Positions 24,972 to 40,547 of a stretch of DNA of 64,000 nt are shown in pieces. The stretch is from positions 43,090,001-43,154,000 of the forward strand of contig OZ024743.1 in NCBI GenBank assembly GCA_964016885.1, in the 5' to 3' direction. A program made the translations under genes and the position numbers. The notes under the pieces are model-generated. The model had not been told where the DNA came from, ran no database searches, and was given only the letters and a program-made list of their open reading frames with translations. This DNA comes from Eledone cirrhosa. Lineage: Eukaryota. Numbering within the stretch: position 1 is the first letter of the stretch; the number at the start of each line of letters is the position of its first letter.

Positions 24972-25031
<60 letters not shown>

Positions 25032-25033
<2 letters not shown>

Positions 25034-25452
25034 TTTGAGTCTCAGTCATTGATGTTATTTAACAGGAAAGTTTGTTGAAATGAATATCAAGCCACTACCT
25101 GCAGCCTCAGATATTGAGGACATATCGGAGGGTTCATGCTGTTCCGAGCAAGCATGACTTTTGAAGTGTTCCAAAAAGCGGGACTGGACCAACTTTCTTT
25201 AACCATCCTTGGAAATTCTTTGAGATAGTAACTTCATGGCAGTTCCAAATCCTTTAAGTCCTGGTATCAGTTAATTTTCTACCTCTCCTTCTCTTGCACT
25301 CTCGTGTCGAATGGGCAGGCCAGATTCACAATCAGGCACGATCTTTTTTCCTTGTCCAAAACCACCAGGTCAGGTCTATTGTGTCCCAGTTTCTTGTCCG
25401 TCTGTATCCTAAAATTGTTTCTATCACCGACTCTGGTTTATGCTCATACCAC
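25032..25452 (-). mobile_element. Older, deleted Dong-A 3' fragment
   Basis: Diverged copy of the family A 3' UTR and RLE region with internal deletions. Confidence 0.85.
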
Positions 25453-25463
25453 TTATTATTATT

Positions 25464-25680
25464 CGGTGAATTGGCAGTATCGGTAGAGGGCTGGACGCCA
25501 TGCTTTCTAGCATAGTTACGTACCTTTACAGTCTGAGTTCAAATCCCGCCGAGGTTAACTTTGCCTTTCATCCTTACGGGGTCGATAAAATAAAGTACCA
25601 GTAATGTACTGGGTATGTGCTGGCCTTGTGCCTAAAGTAGAAACAATTATTATTATTATTATTATTATTGTTATTGTTAT
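25464..25680 (+). mobile_element. tRNA-derived SINE, full length with (ATT)n tail
   Basis: A-box-like tggcagtatcggtag, B-box gagttcaaatccc, central ctttcatccttacggggtcgataaaataaagtaccag, tail ctggccttgtgcctaaagtagaaacaatt(att)n. Confidence 0.88.
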
Positions 25681-28197
<2,517 letters not shown>

Positions 28198-28380
28198 TCA
28201 TTCGGGTGGGTCATGCTGCCAACAAAAAGATACGAAACTGCTGGTTTTCACTTCAATATTTTATAGATTTCCGGTTGGTTGGTTGGTTGGTTGGTTTCAT
28301 AACCGGACGGTTGTTTATAAATTGTCAAAGCTCATTCATCACATATTCAGTGACCTTCCTAGAGATAAGGTTTCTGTTTT

Positions 28381-28415
<35 letters not shown>

Positions 28416-28690
28416 TGTAACCCATGTGCTCACTCAGCACACAGCACACAGCACATAAAAACAAGTTGGTGTTGGGTAGAACAGCGGAGAGACACAAAAT
28501 AAGAACCTAGTCATTGTGGAGATCACAGAATGTGTGAAGAAAGAGCTTTGACAATATATAAACAATCTTCCGGTTCTCGAACCAAACAACCAGAGACATA
28601 TAAAAAATTGAAGTGAAAACCAATAAGTGCGTGTCTTTTTATTGGCAGCATGACCCTCCCAAAGTATAATAATATCTGTTTCAACACGTT
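28198..28690. repeat. Inverted pair of an interspersed repeat; other copies at ~49680-49895 and ~55470-55715
   Basis: gtcatgctgccaac..ttttcacttcaat at ~28210-28257 is the approximate reverse complement of attgaagtgaaaac..ttggcagcatgacc at ~28607-28655. Confidence 0.7.
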
Positions 28691-28797
28691 ACTTCGTCCA
28701 TGGGTCATTATGATATTTTACACCGGCTGCTATGGATGTTTACAATGTACATTGGAAGGTAATATTTCCTAAATGCTAAATGTTAATTTAAATATTT

Positions 28798-29335
28798 ATA
28801 AATGTCATCTGACTTTTTCGAATATTAATAATAACATTCGATTCGTTTACAATTATGCAAACGAATCGAATGTTATTATTAATATTCGAAAAACTCAGAT
28901 TACATTTATTTTATTCAGACTTGTAGAGCGAAAATTTTCATTTTTATTTTGAAATTAGCGAATCCAGCCATTTACAGCTCGTATACAGGAAACTGACTGG
29001 CCAGTCTGCTCATATAGAAATTTGACTGATCAGTGGATCTGCGAATATGCAGATCTGACTGATCAGCCAGTTTGCTAATATGCAAATCAGGCCCATCAGT
29101 CACTGTGTATTTTTGACTGACAGTTTGGCAGGTGAACAGTGAGCTCTACTGATGAAGGGCGATACCCAGACGCATTAGTGTCTCAAGAATGAAGGGTTCA
29201 TTCTACTGATATGGCTATAAAATGGAGGCTTGTTTGCATTGTAAACGAATCGAATGTTATTATCAATATTAGAAAAACTCAGATTATATTTATTGTATTC
29301 AGACATGTAGAGCGAACATTTTCTTTTTAAAATAT
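28798..29335 (+). repeat. ~384-bp unit with terminal direct repeat, 5' foldback and degenerate hammerhead-like motif
   Basis: Palindrome 28798-28909; aacgaatcgaatgttatta recurs at ~28860 and ~29244; ATGCAAAT at ~29080; ctgatga-aggg-cgata-ccc-agac at ~29148. Confidence 0.6.
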
Positions 29336-29673
29336 TTATAGATCCCCATGAGCTGTTTTAATGAGAGTATTCTTATTTGGTCTGGCGAAATATGTCGATC
29401 AATTAAATATACAATGAACAGCTTTGGTTGTTTATATACATATATATATGTGTGTATGTGCGCACGCGTGCGTGTGTGTGTGCGTGTGTGTGTGTGTGTG
29501 TGTGTGAGTTCCTGCGTTCAACTAACTTTGTGTTGTCTAAGTCTTCCTTTATAAATAATATTGGTGATGGTGTGGACGGTCGGTTTGTAAGTATGTTACG
29601 TATGTAGTTGTTGGAAAAAGGGTTAATTTAATTATTGGTTATAACTGCGAGACTTGTCTTATTAGATATATAA

Positions 29674-29858
29674 CGGTGGTGGATTGGCAGAGGATCGGAG
29701 GCCATGCTTAGACGTATAGAGTTAAGGCCCTTGCCATTCTGAGTTCAAATCCCGCCGAGATTAACTTTGCCTTTCATCATTACGGGGTCGATAAAATAAT
29801 GTATCAGTAATTCACTGGGTAATTGCTGGCTTTGAGCCAACAGTAGAAACAATTATTA
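29674..29858 (+). mobile_element. tRNA-derived SINE
   Basis: B-box, central domain and tail as in the 25464 copy. Confidence 0.85.
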
Positions 29859-30439
29859 GATATGTAACGTATAAACATATGAAGTGCATATGAAGAGTTA
29901 AATAGATTAGCAGTAAAGCATACAGGGTAAAAGAGAGTAGTAGAGTGAGGAGTAAAATATTTGAAGAGTATAAGCTATGAGTAAGTATATGTGTAAATGC
30001 AAGATTAATTATGCACACAAACATATCAACGTTTTCATCTACCTCTATATATGAATAGACCCAGTAATTACGGAATACAACTTGTAAATAAAAGTAACAG
30101 CAGAAATAATGGAATACTCTTTAATTCATTTACCTCTTCCAACCCATCCCGCCGAGGCCATGTTGGGACACCGCCCTTGATAGAGGGTAAAAGATTATAA
30201 ATTCCGGAGAATTTATCAAATGGATAGAGGCATACATAATTCAATAATACGTGAATATTATGCATACCAAACGTAGAGCTCAATGATGGATAACTGCGCA
30301 TTGATGAAGGTATGCGTGTGGGGCGCGGGTTGCTGTAAACACCGGAACTATATTACTTCTAGCGATTTCAGTTTGGAATTGGTTTATCTTGGTAACCTCC
30401 TGCGACTTTAGACCGTGTTATTTTGCTAAATAAGTTAAT

Positions 30440-31250
30440 CTATCTAACAGTTTTACGTAAGGGAATTTAAGTGTCATCAAGTTGGGTTAAATGGCCGATA
30501 CTATCTATATAGTTTGTGAAAGGTGTTCGGGAAATTGTGCGGCAGGTTCCGAAGAAGTCACTTCTCATATTGATCTCTATGGCTTCCGTTATATATAGAT
30601 AACATCTGTTGCTATAAGCCGCACTCACATATGGATGTACTGTTTTTATTATCGACCCTGATAAGGAGTGCTCTATATATTTATGTTTATGTTTAACTTT
30701 CTCAAAGGTCGTGCTGGTAGGTATTTCTATCCTATTAATTGAGTGACGATGCTTGTCCCAACTATACTTAGATATTCTCGTGGTCAATCCTTTGAAAATA
30801 TATAGTTTATTACTCGTAATTACTCTAAAAACATATACACTGTTCTTCTGAAAGTAGTTATTGTCAAGGGGCAGGTCTCGCGGTTTCTGAAACGACAGTC
30901 CCTGGTTGCTACGCGTGTTGTATTGATGGTCCAATTGTTGATGCGTCAATGGGAAACGTCAGGTTGTATCATTCTAGGTCTCAAGGGTGTGTTCGGAGAT
31001 GCGAATTTATTAGTAAACATATCTAATTGGTTACTTATATTGTTCCAACTGTGCTGGTTACCTGCTATGTTTATAATTTCACTATGACCTTTTCTTAATT
31101 TTACCAGGTTCATCTTAGGCATGTTTGGGGCTAGTTTCTTAGTTTTCGTTAGGATAGTTTTAACGTATGTTTATTAAGAGTTGAAATGAACTTATGGGAT
31201 TTGTGAAAATATCTTTTAAAATATTTGAAGAAAAGCTAGCAATGCTGGTC
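30440..31250 (-). pseudogene. Degenerate Penelope-like element, GIY-YIG endonuclease region
   Basis: FFKYFKRYFHKSHKFISTLNKHTLKLS* (~31150-31235) resembles the PLE HFP..HKL..IFN..T.K.SYS linker. ORF 30467-30949 has SVYVF..YIFKGLTT..KHRHSI..RCYLYITEAIEI, resembling a PLE GIY-YIG domain. Confidence 0.62.
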
Positions 31251-31283
31251 TCAGGTCCGGCGAGTATGGTGGTGTATACTAGT

Positions 31284-31328
<45 letters not shown>

Positions 31329-31485
31329 GATTTAATGCTCTGAAATAGCGATATATATGTGAAGACAAACATAGAATATTCGAAAATATTCTGTATGTTT
31401 ATAATAAACATTTTGAAGACCTAATCGCTATAGAATAGAATACGTCACGTATTACAATTTGAGATTCTCGATAAAAGCAAGGGAA

Positions 31486-31528
31486 GTAACCTACGCGTTT
31501 CATTCTCATTAGAAATCATCAGGATTAC
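31486..31528 (-). ncRNA. Type I hammerhead ribozyme (second minus copy at 31798-31840 has a stem I mismatch)
   Basis: gtaatc CTGATGA t-ttct-aatg-agaa-t GAAA cgcg TA ggttac. Confidence 0.8.
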
Positions 31529-32092
31529 ATATCCAGTGCTTTTATCGAGAATGACACAGCTAGAGACTTATAGAATACTTAGCTGTGTACAGGAACTGGT
31601 TTGAAAGAGCGGTTGGCGGTCCGGCAGAAATTATAATTTGGATTTAATGCTCTGAAATAGCGATATATATGTGAAGACAAACATAGAATATTCGAAAATA
31701 TTCTGTATGTTTATAATAAACATTTTGAAGACCTAATCGCTATAGAATAGAATACGTCACGTATTACAATTTGAGATTTTCGATAAAAGCAAGGGAAGTA
31801 ACTTACGCGTTTCATTCTCATTAGAAATCATCAGGATTACATATCCAGTGCTTTTATCGAGAATGACAGAGCTAGAGACTTATAGAATACTTAGCTGTGT
31901 ACAGGAACTGGTTTGAAAGAGCGGTTGCCGGTCCGGCAGAAATTAGAATTTGGATGTAATGCTCTGAAATAGCGATATATATGTGAAGACATTCTGCCGG
32001 ACCGGCAACCGCTCATTCAAACCAGTTCCTGTACACAGCTAAGTATTCTATAAGTCTCTAGCTGTGTCATTCTCGATAAAAGCACTGGATAT

Positions 32093-32135
32093 GTAATCCT
32101 GATGATTTCTAATGAGAATGAAACGCGTAGGTTAC
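32093..32135 (+). ncRNA. Type I hammerhead ribozyme
   Basis: Stem I gtaatc/ggttac, core CUGAUGA..GAAA, stem II ttct/agaa, palindromic stem III ACGCGT, GUA cleavage triplet. Confidence 0.82.
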
Positions 32136-32404
32136 TTCCCTTGCTTTTATCGAGAATCTCAAATTGTAATACGTGACGTATTCTATTCTATAGCGATTAG
32201 GTCTTCAAAATGTTTATTATAAACATACAGAATATTTTCGAATATTCTATGTTTGTCTTCACATATATATCGCTATTTCAGAGCATTAAATCCAAATTCT
32301 AATTTCTGCCGGACCGGCAACCGCTCTTTCAAACCAGTTCCTGTACACAGCTAAGTATTCTATAAGTCTCTAGCTGTGTCATTCTCGATAAAAGCACTGG
32401 ATAT

Positions 32405-32447
32405 GTAATCCTGATGATTTCTAATGAGAATGAAACGCGTAGGTTAC
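32405..32447 (+). ncRNA. Type I hammerhead ribozyme
   Basis: Identical to 32093-32135, 312 bp downstream. Confidence 0.82.
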
Positions 32448-32861
32448 TTCCCTTGCTTTTATCGAGAATCTCAAATTGTAATACGTGACGTATTCTATTC
32501 TATAGCGATTAGGTCTTCAAAATGTTTATTATAAACATACAGAATATTTTCGAATATTCTATGTTTGTCTTTATATATATATATATATGCACGTGCACAC
32601 ACACTCATATACTTATACACATACATAGTCGTAATAATACATACACATGTCGTAATTCTTGCATACATTTGGCCGTAACTCCAGAGAACGTCTACTCGCG
32701 TCACCGTTACACCATTCACTTTTTGATCGTAAAGTTTTTGAAATATTTACATTCGTTTCTCCGGATTGATATCCCTCAGTTTCAGAAAATTCTGCTTTTA
32801 GATGAAAGCAAAATTTGTTTCCTTAAACTTTTAATCTCTGTTAATAACACCGCCAACATTG

Positions 32862-32892
<31 letters not shown>

Positions 32893-33334
32893 TGTATGTA
32901 TGTATGTATGTATGTATGTATGTATGTATGTATGTATGTATGTATGTATGTATGTGGGCGTGTGTGTATTTTAATTATGTAATTCTAACCTTTGTTAGTG
33001 AGTAGTGTATCTGTATCAACATATGTTAGTTATGTAAAATATCTATAGGTACTGAACATTAATATTTTTTTTCAGAGATAAATTTTAATAACGTCATGGG
33101 GCTTACATAACTATTAAGATGTTTCTAACAATATTTGTATGCTATTGTTTACTTTTACAACCTTTCACCGAACTCCTCTGATTTGTAAGGTATATAGGAT
33201 TTGTATTTAATTAATTTGGAGGAGTTTCTTCTAACAGCAATAGAGTATCTGTGTTACTCTAACGAAACGGTTTGTTAATATTTGTTCATATTTGTTAATA
33301 TTTGTTAATATTTGTTCTTTATACATACATACAA

Positions 33335-33366
<32 letters not shown>

Positions 33367-33395
33367 CTATATATATCTATCTATCTATCTATCTA

Positions 33396-33476
<81 letters not shown>

Positions 33477-33933
33477 ATGTGTGTATATATGTATATATGT
33501 CATATGATGTCATGGTCATTTATGTCTAGCATTCGAATCTAATAGATATTTGATGTAACTTATTTCCCAGTTGTCAAAGTAATGCCGTGATATATGAATG
33601 TAGTTTTCTTACTTCCGTTTTGCATATATTTGATTAAGTTGTGAAGATTCTATCGTTTTTAGGAGATAGTGCATTTAGTTAAATTAATGGGTAATTGCAA
33701 AGTTCTGATGTCAAGGGTCAAATTCTAATATATTAATGGAGTTTGAGCAGATCGTTGAAAATTGCATTTTTCATAGCTTTCTTTTAACATATGGAAGTTA
33801 AATAGATAATTTCAAATTTCTTCATCTTGGTTATATATCCATTGACGTATATTTTACTAAATCATGTATTCCTTTTAGTGTCGGAATTATACCTGATTTT
33901 TTAACAACACTGAGTCTGAAAATGCGTTGATAT

Positions 33934-34003
<70 letters not shown>

Positions 34004-34066
34004 ACACACATACACACACGCACACGCACACACATACACACACACATATATAAACACACACACACG

Positions 34067-34144
<78 letters not shown>

Positions 34145-34302
34145 TGTTGAAGTTTCCATGGAAAAAGTAAAAGGAATGAAGAGTGCTCTATGTAAGTAGT
34201 TTATTGCTTTATCAGACGAACGAATGCGGACGTCTCTTGTGTTCGTCTCGTTCAGGAAACCTCGGGTAATGAAGTAATTATACTGTGTTGTTTATTATAC
34301 AT

Positions 34303-34354
<52 letters not shown>

Positions 34355-34684
34355 ATAAGAAACGGACAATCAGTGGGGCGACTAATAAATATTATTCGTC
34401 GCACCACTGATTCTCTATTTATTACGTGATATTATACTCTGCTCTGTAAGAGCATCGAGTTCTCAAACGGCTTACCGCTTATGGACGCTTTAAGAATCCC
34501 ACACCAATTATATAAATATATATATATATATATATATTTGAAAAAAGGAAAAGAATGACTTCATTTGTAGTTCTAAATAATTTGATTTAATTTTATAATA
34601 TTATAATAATATGAGTTGGTAGATCTAGTAAGTTCTTTGTTAACTTCGGCTAGAAGAATTTTTTAAGATTCCTGGATATATATA

Positions 34685-34764
<80 letters not shown>

Positions 34765-34909
34765 CGTGTGTGTGTGTATACAATCTGTTGATCTGAAGTT
34801 GGGAAATGGGCTTCATTTGAATTGAAGTAAGGGAGTGTTGCACACATCGTCTGCCCCTCTCTCTCTCGTACGGTCCTATTGTGAGGACCACACACATAAT
34901 ATCCGCATG

Positions 34910-34971
<62 letters not shown>

Positions 34972-35513
34972 ATGTTGCGTAGAATACCAGTGGTTAGAAT
35001 TGATCGCTTCTGTTAGTAGAACATTATTAAATAAATTAAATCACTCCACGCTGTGCAAGTCATTCATCGTAGATGTGGTATCCCGTGGCTGGTGTCGGAA
35101 TGACTTTAGTTTTTCATTTAAAAACAACAGATGGTCGGGCTAGAAATATTATTTAAAATTTTAATGTTTCAAGAATACTATACTTTCTTTACAATGACCT
35201 AGTTATGCCATTCGATCATGCTGCATGACTTAGGCAATTTCCTCAGTTGTGTGTTGCAAAATCATCACAATGCTAAAACACCAAGTACATTCGATTCGGC
35301 GCTTCATCTCCGAATCAAATCTATTCTCTATTCCCTGTTAGTGTTTGCTGTAATCTTACTATCACGTAACTAATTTCACAATCCACAGCTGCTGGAATCG
35401 CATAAGTTTTGTATCATGGTTGGATGATATTACATGGCCATGAAATGCGTGTTGTGTTTTTGCAACATTAAAATCTTAAGAATATGTTCAGTCCGGCCGT
35501 CTCATGTTTTTAA

Positions 35514-35564
<51 letters not shown>

Positions 35565-35765
35565 ATACTCCCAAATATTTTCGAGTTTAAAAAACTACTA
35601 TCAGAGGAGCGTCCTTTAAGACATACACAGGGATACTCCCTTGATAATGTGTGTTTAAACCCGTAATATTTGGGATTATTAAATTTGCTAAGGTAAGATT
35701 CTATTGTTATCTTGGCACCTTTAATTTTCTAATGCATTGTATGCTTTTCAAAATTATTTGAGCTT

Positions 35766-35840
<75 letters not shown>

Positions 35841-35960
35841 CAGTTAAATGTGACTACATTTATATTACTTGAACGCGTTAGTATTTTTTCTAGTGAGCCG
35901 GCTTATTGTATATTTCTGCTGATGTTCATCTTTCAAAACTTATGTATCGCCTGTGTTGTA

Positions 35961-36126
35961 ATAACTGTTTCTACTTTAGGCACAAGGCCAGCAATTAACC
36001 AGTGCATTACTGGTACTTTATTTTATCGACCCCGTAAGGATGAAAGGCAAAGTCAACCTCGGCGGGATTTGAACTCAGATCGTATAGGGACGTAACTATG
36101 CTGGAAAGCATGGCGTCCGACCCTCT
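35961..36126 (-). mobile_element. tRNA-derived SINE
   Basis: Reverse complement of the 44435 copy. Confidence 0.87.
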
Positions 36127-36932
36127 TTTGGCACCGCGACATGATTTAAACTGTTATTTGAATTGTTTTAATCATTTATTTTCTAACTCTTTGGCATTTA
36201 AATATAGTTATATCTGTTCTTACAATTATGCATGCTATGTTCTCTAATTGTGGAAATAATGTCAAAAGTGACAACCTATCAGGCTTCTGAACGTGTTTGT
36301 ATTCAGATTTTTGAAGGTGTATTTACCGCTGAGGAAATGACATATGGCTTAAAATGATACGTTGTATTTTTATTCACGATCTTCCCCTTGGCGATTATTC
36401 AATCACTTCGGAGAAAATAGAATTTATGTGTTTCTTGTTAATGGGCTTTGGACAGTTTGTCATTTTGTTACATTTTTCCTGCTTGTTTTTAATTCCGAAT
36501 TTTAATAATATTTAAGAAGTAAAGATATATCACAACTGGCCTTGTTAATTTTCTTTTGTCCAGTTGTTTTATAAATAAACTCTTGTAAAGTGTGTTTTTT
36601 TTTAGTTGAGTTAAGGTATATCAAGTTATATATTATATTAAGTTTTAATGAAAAGCTGTTATATTTTGCCGTGTCATATTTAAAAGGCACATTCGCTGTG
36701 TTATATCATGGATATGTATAAATATATGACTGCATCAATCCGTTTGCGTGAATTTACTATTATTGGAGTCGCAAATGCAACATATGACACATTGAAAAAA
36801 TTGCAAAATTTGCTGGGGAAGCAAGTATGGATTTTTTTAAATTATCATGCAACTAAACACACTTTTCTTAGTTTACAGCGGCTCAGAGCATTATATTATA
36901 TTATATACATATACACATACATACATACTTAT

Positions 36933-36970
<38 letters not shown>

Positions 36971-37053
36971 CACATACTCATATATCACATACATATACAT
37001 ATACATACATACATACATACACACACACATTATATATATATATATACAATGAT

Positions 37054-37115
37054 ATCATACCTTATCAGTTGACTTTTCTTGGGTAGTCAAGAAAATTCAA
37101 CTGATAAGGTATGAT
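37054..37115. repeat. Near-perfect 62-bp palindrome
   Basis: atcataccttatcagttgacttttcttg ggtagt caagaaaattcaactgataaggtatgat. Confidence 0.85.
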
Positions 37116-37344
37116 TACCTTGGCTATGTCAACATTTATAAAACACTTTTTGTATTTTATCTGATGAAAGCCTACCAAAGTTTTGTTGGTACCCTTTAAA
37201 TATATAGAATAAATATGGTTTTATAAATATAGTTACCATTTATTTAATATCATTGAATATTTACTCCAGAAACTGTCGAGTCCTCTGAATCAGTTATAAA
37301 CATTTATATTTGTTGTATTACAAACACATTGAATATCCCTTCTA

Positions 37345-37400
<56 letters not shown>

Positions 37401-37515
37401 ATACTCTGGTATGTAAGAGCATCGAGTGCTCAAACGGCATACCGCTTCGGACACTTTGAGCATCCCACACCAAATATATATCCCGTTAAGTGTTTGCTTA
37501 AACTTTAGTCTGTTT

Positions 37516-37572
<57 letters not shown>

Positions 37573-37703
37573 GATAAATCTACCAAGAGTTTACGGTAGT
37601 GTCCAATCCGTATGAAGAACTCAATGTAATCCGGATATCATGGAAAGAAGAGATGCAATGAAAAATCACTTTCGGTGAAAGATAAACGGAATACAGAGTC
37701 AAG

Positions 37704-38509
37704 ATAAAATATTAAAAAAATAATGAATAAAACAATGAAACAGTTCCTTATATTAAACAAAAAAAGTTCATTATTTAACGATCGTTTCTGGGATATATAT
37801 GTGTTAGAATTGGCATGCATATTCAACAGATCTATGTACAAAATTATACAAAATTATACAAACTATCAAAATTAAATATACATACCAAACACATATATAT
37901 GCCGTCTTCAGAAATAATGAAATATATTTATTGATAATAACAACAATTCAAAATTTCAGCTCTGTTTGGGAACAGAATTCAAATTGACCAATGAAAATAC
38001 AAAAAGTTTATGCAGTTAGGTGTGTGTATATACATGTAATTAACTTCGTTCACAGATATGCATAAAGATATGTGTTCACATGCATACGCATGCCAAAAAG
38101 ATGTATGTAAATACAAAAATTCAAGGCTAATGTCTCTGTAAGTTTATAATCTACAGATAAAATGCGTATAGATACATAATTATAAAATAAATATATACAC
38201 ACATTCATATACTCACACATATTCGTACACTCACACACACACGCGCGTATACGCATAAACATACACATAACTACGAACATACATACACACATACACCCCC
38301 ACACACATATATATGTGTATATACTATTATCACAAGCATATGGACATTAATGCACGCACATAAACACTGCCACACATATTTAGATCCAGATACAGAAATT
38401 AGGTGTGGGGGGGGGGGGGTCAGTATTCAACGGTGTCAGCAGACTGCCTATTTATAAATGTATCTATAAACTTAGAAATAAAAAGAAAAGAAAAAAGAAA
38501 TATATCAAG

Positions 38510-38554
<45 letters not shown>

Positions 38555-38961
38555 ACACACACACACACACATATACATATATATATATATATACACATAT
38601 ATACACACATATATACATATATATATACACACACATATATACATATACATACACATACATATATATATACAAACAAGTAAAATATAAAATATACATCGAT
38701 ATACATGCATATACACATATATATATATACACACACAGATACACACACATACATATACATACATATACATACACATATATACAAACACATACATACACAT
38801 ACATATACATACACATACCATATAAATAAACATACACATACACACACGCATACATATAGAGACACATATATATACACATATAAATACATAGTCATATACA
38901 CACATACACACACATATATATATATATATATATATTTTTTACACACATATACACACACACG

Positions 38962-39016
<55 letters not shown>

Positions 39017-39037
39017 TCACAACACACGTATATATAT

Positions 39038-39080
<43 letters not shown>

Positions 39081-39804
39081 TATATATACACATATATACA
39101 TATATATATATATATATTTCTGTATCTGGATCTAAATATGTGTGGCAGTGTTTATGTGCGTGCATTAATGTCCATATGCTTGTGATAATAGTATATACAC
39201 ATATATATGTGTGTGGGGGTGTATGTGTGTATGTATGTTCGTAGTTATGTGTATGTTTATGCGTATACGCGCGTGTGTGTGTGAGTGTACGAATATGTGT
39301 GTGAGTATATGAATGTGTGTATATATTTATTTTATAATTATGTATCTATACGCATTTTATCTGTAGATTATAAACTTACAGAGACATTAGCCTTGAATTT
39401 TTGTATTTACATACATCTTTTTGGCATGCGTATGCATGTGAACACATATCTTTATGCATATCTGTGAACGAAGTTAATGACATGTATATACACACATCTA
39501 ACTGCATAAACTTTTTGTATTTTCATTGGTCAATTTGAATTCAGTTCCCAAACAGACCTGAAATTTTGAATTGTTGTTATTATCAATAAATATATTTCAT
39601 TATTTCTGAAGACGGCATATATATGTGTTTGGTATGTATATTTAATTTTGATAGTTTGTATAATTTTGTATAATTTTGTACATAGATCTGTTGAATATGC
39701 ATGCCAATTCTAACACATATATATCCTAGAAACGATCGTTAAATAATGAACTTTTTTTGTTTAATATAAGGAACTGTTTCATTGTTTTATTCATTATTTT
39801 TTTA

Positions 39805-39811
<7 letters not shown>
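37704..39811. repeat. Long inverted duplication (~695-bp arms, microsatellite spacer)
   Basis: 37704-38399 is a near-exact reverse complement of 39116-39811; mirrored ORFs 38050-38304(-) and 39285-39467(+). Confidence 0.92.
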
Positions 39812-39843
<32 letters not shown>

Positions 39844-39850
39844 AATAACA

Positions 39851-40085
39851 AAATAAATTCGGTATGTATTTTATAAACTCCAGATTCTACAAAGTCAGAT
39901 ATCAGAATTAAAAGTGCACATTCAAGAATTTTGTTAATGAACATTTGTATATACTCCGAAAATAATAACTGCCGAACATGAAATAATTCTTTCAAAAGAA
40001 TTGTAGATATAGAAACACCAGTTTCATTACAATTATACAAGACCATACGAAATAGTGTAATAAGGCAACAAATAAATATATATAC

Positions 40086-40117
<32 letters not shown>

Positions 40118-40547
40118 ATATTTATATATAATATAAAACGAAAAATCAGTGATGCATCTGAACTCAATTTATTGTGTGTAACAATTGTGTCGCCGGCGGA
40201 CAGCTCGAGGCGCGATCATTGTGTGGATTTGTCTGATTCTGGACCCGCAGGTTCGACGGAAACGTATAATGATTTCGGAGCATATTCCCTCACTGGAGTA
40301 TCTGACCCTATGGACCAGTATATATATATATATATTTGTTTATTCGTTGTAATATTTCATTATTTCGTATGGTCTTGTATAATTGTAATGAAACTGGTGT
40401 TTATTTTGAAAGAATCATTTCATGTTCGGCAGTTATTTTCGGCGTGTATACAAATGTCCCTTTTCAAAATTCTTGTACGTGCAATTTTAATTCTGATATT
40501 GACTTTGTAGAATCTGGAGTTTATAAAATACATACCGAATTTATTTT
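39851..40547. repeat. Inverted duplication (~230-bp diverged arms)
   Basis: 39851-40080 vs 40320-40547; mirrored ORFs MVLYNCNETGV on both strands. Confidence 0.85.

Larger units (their letters stand above)
31325..32571. repeat. 312-bp tandem repeat array with central inversion; one hammerhead per unit (retrozyme-like family 1)
   Basis: Unit starts at 31325, 31637 and 31949; from ~31992 the sequence continues as the reverse complement. Confidence 0.93.

Noticed and set aside
25464-25550. tRNA gene
   Set aside because: A/B-box-like motifs belong to the SINE head; no cloverleaf, and it continues into the SINE body.
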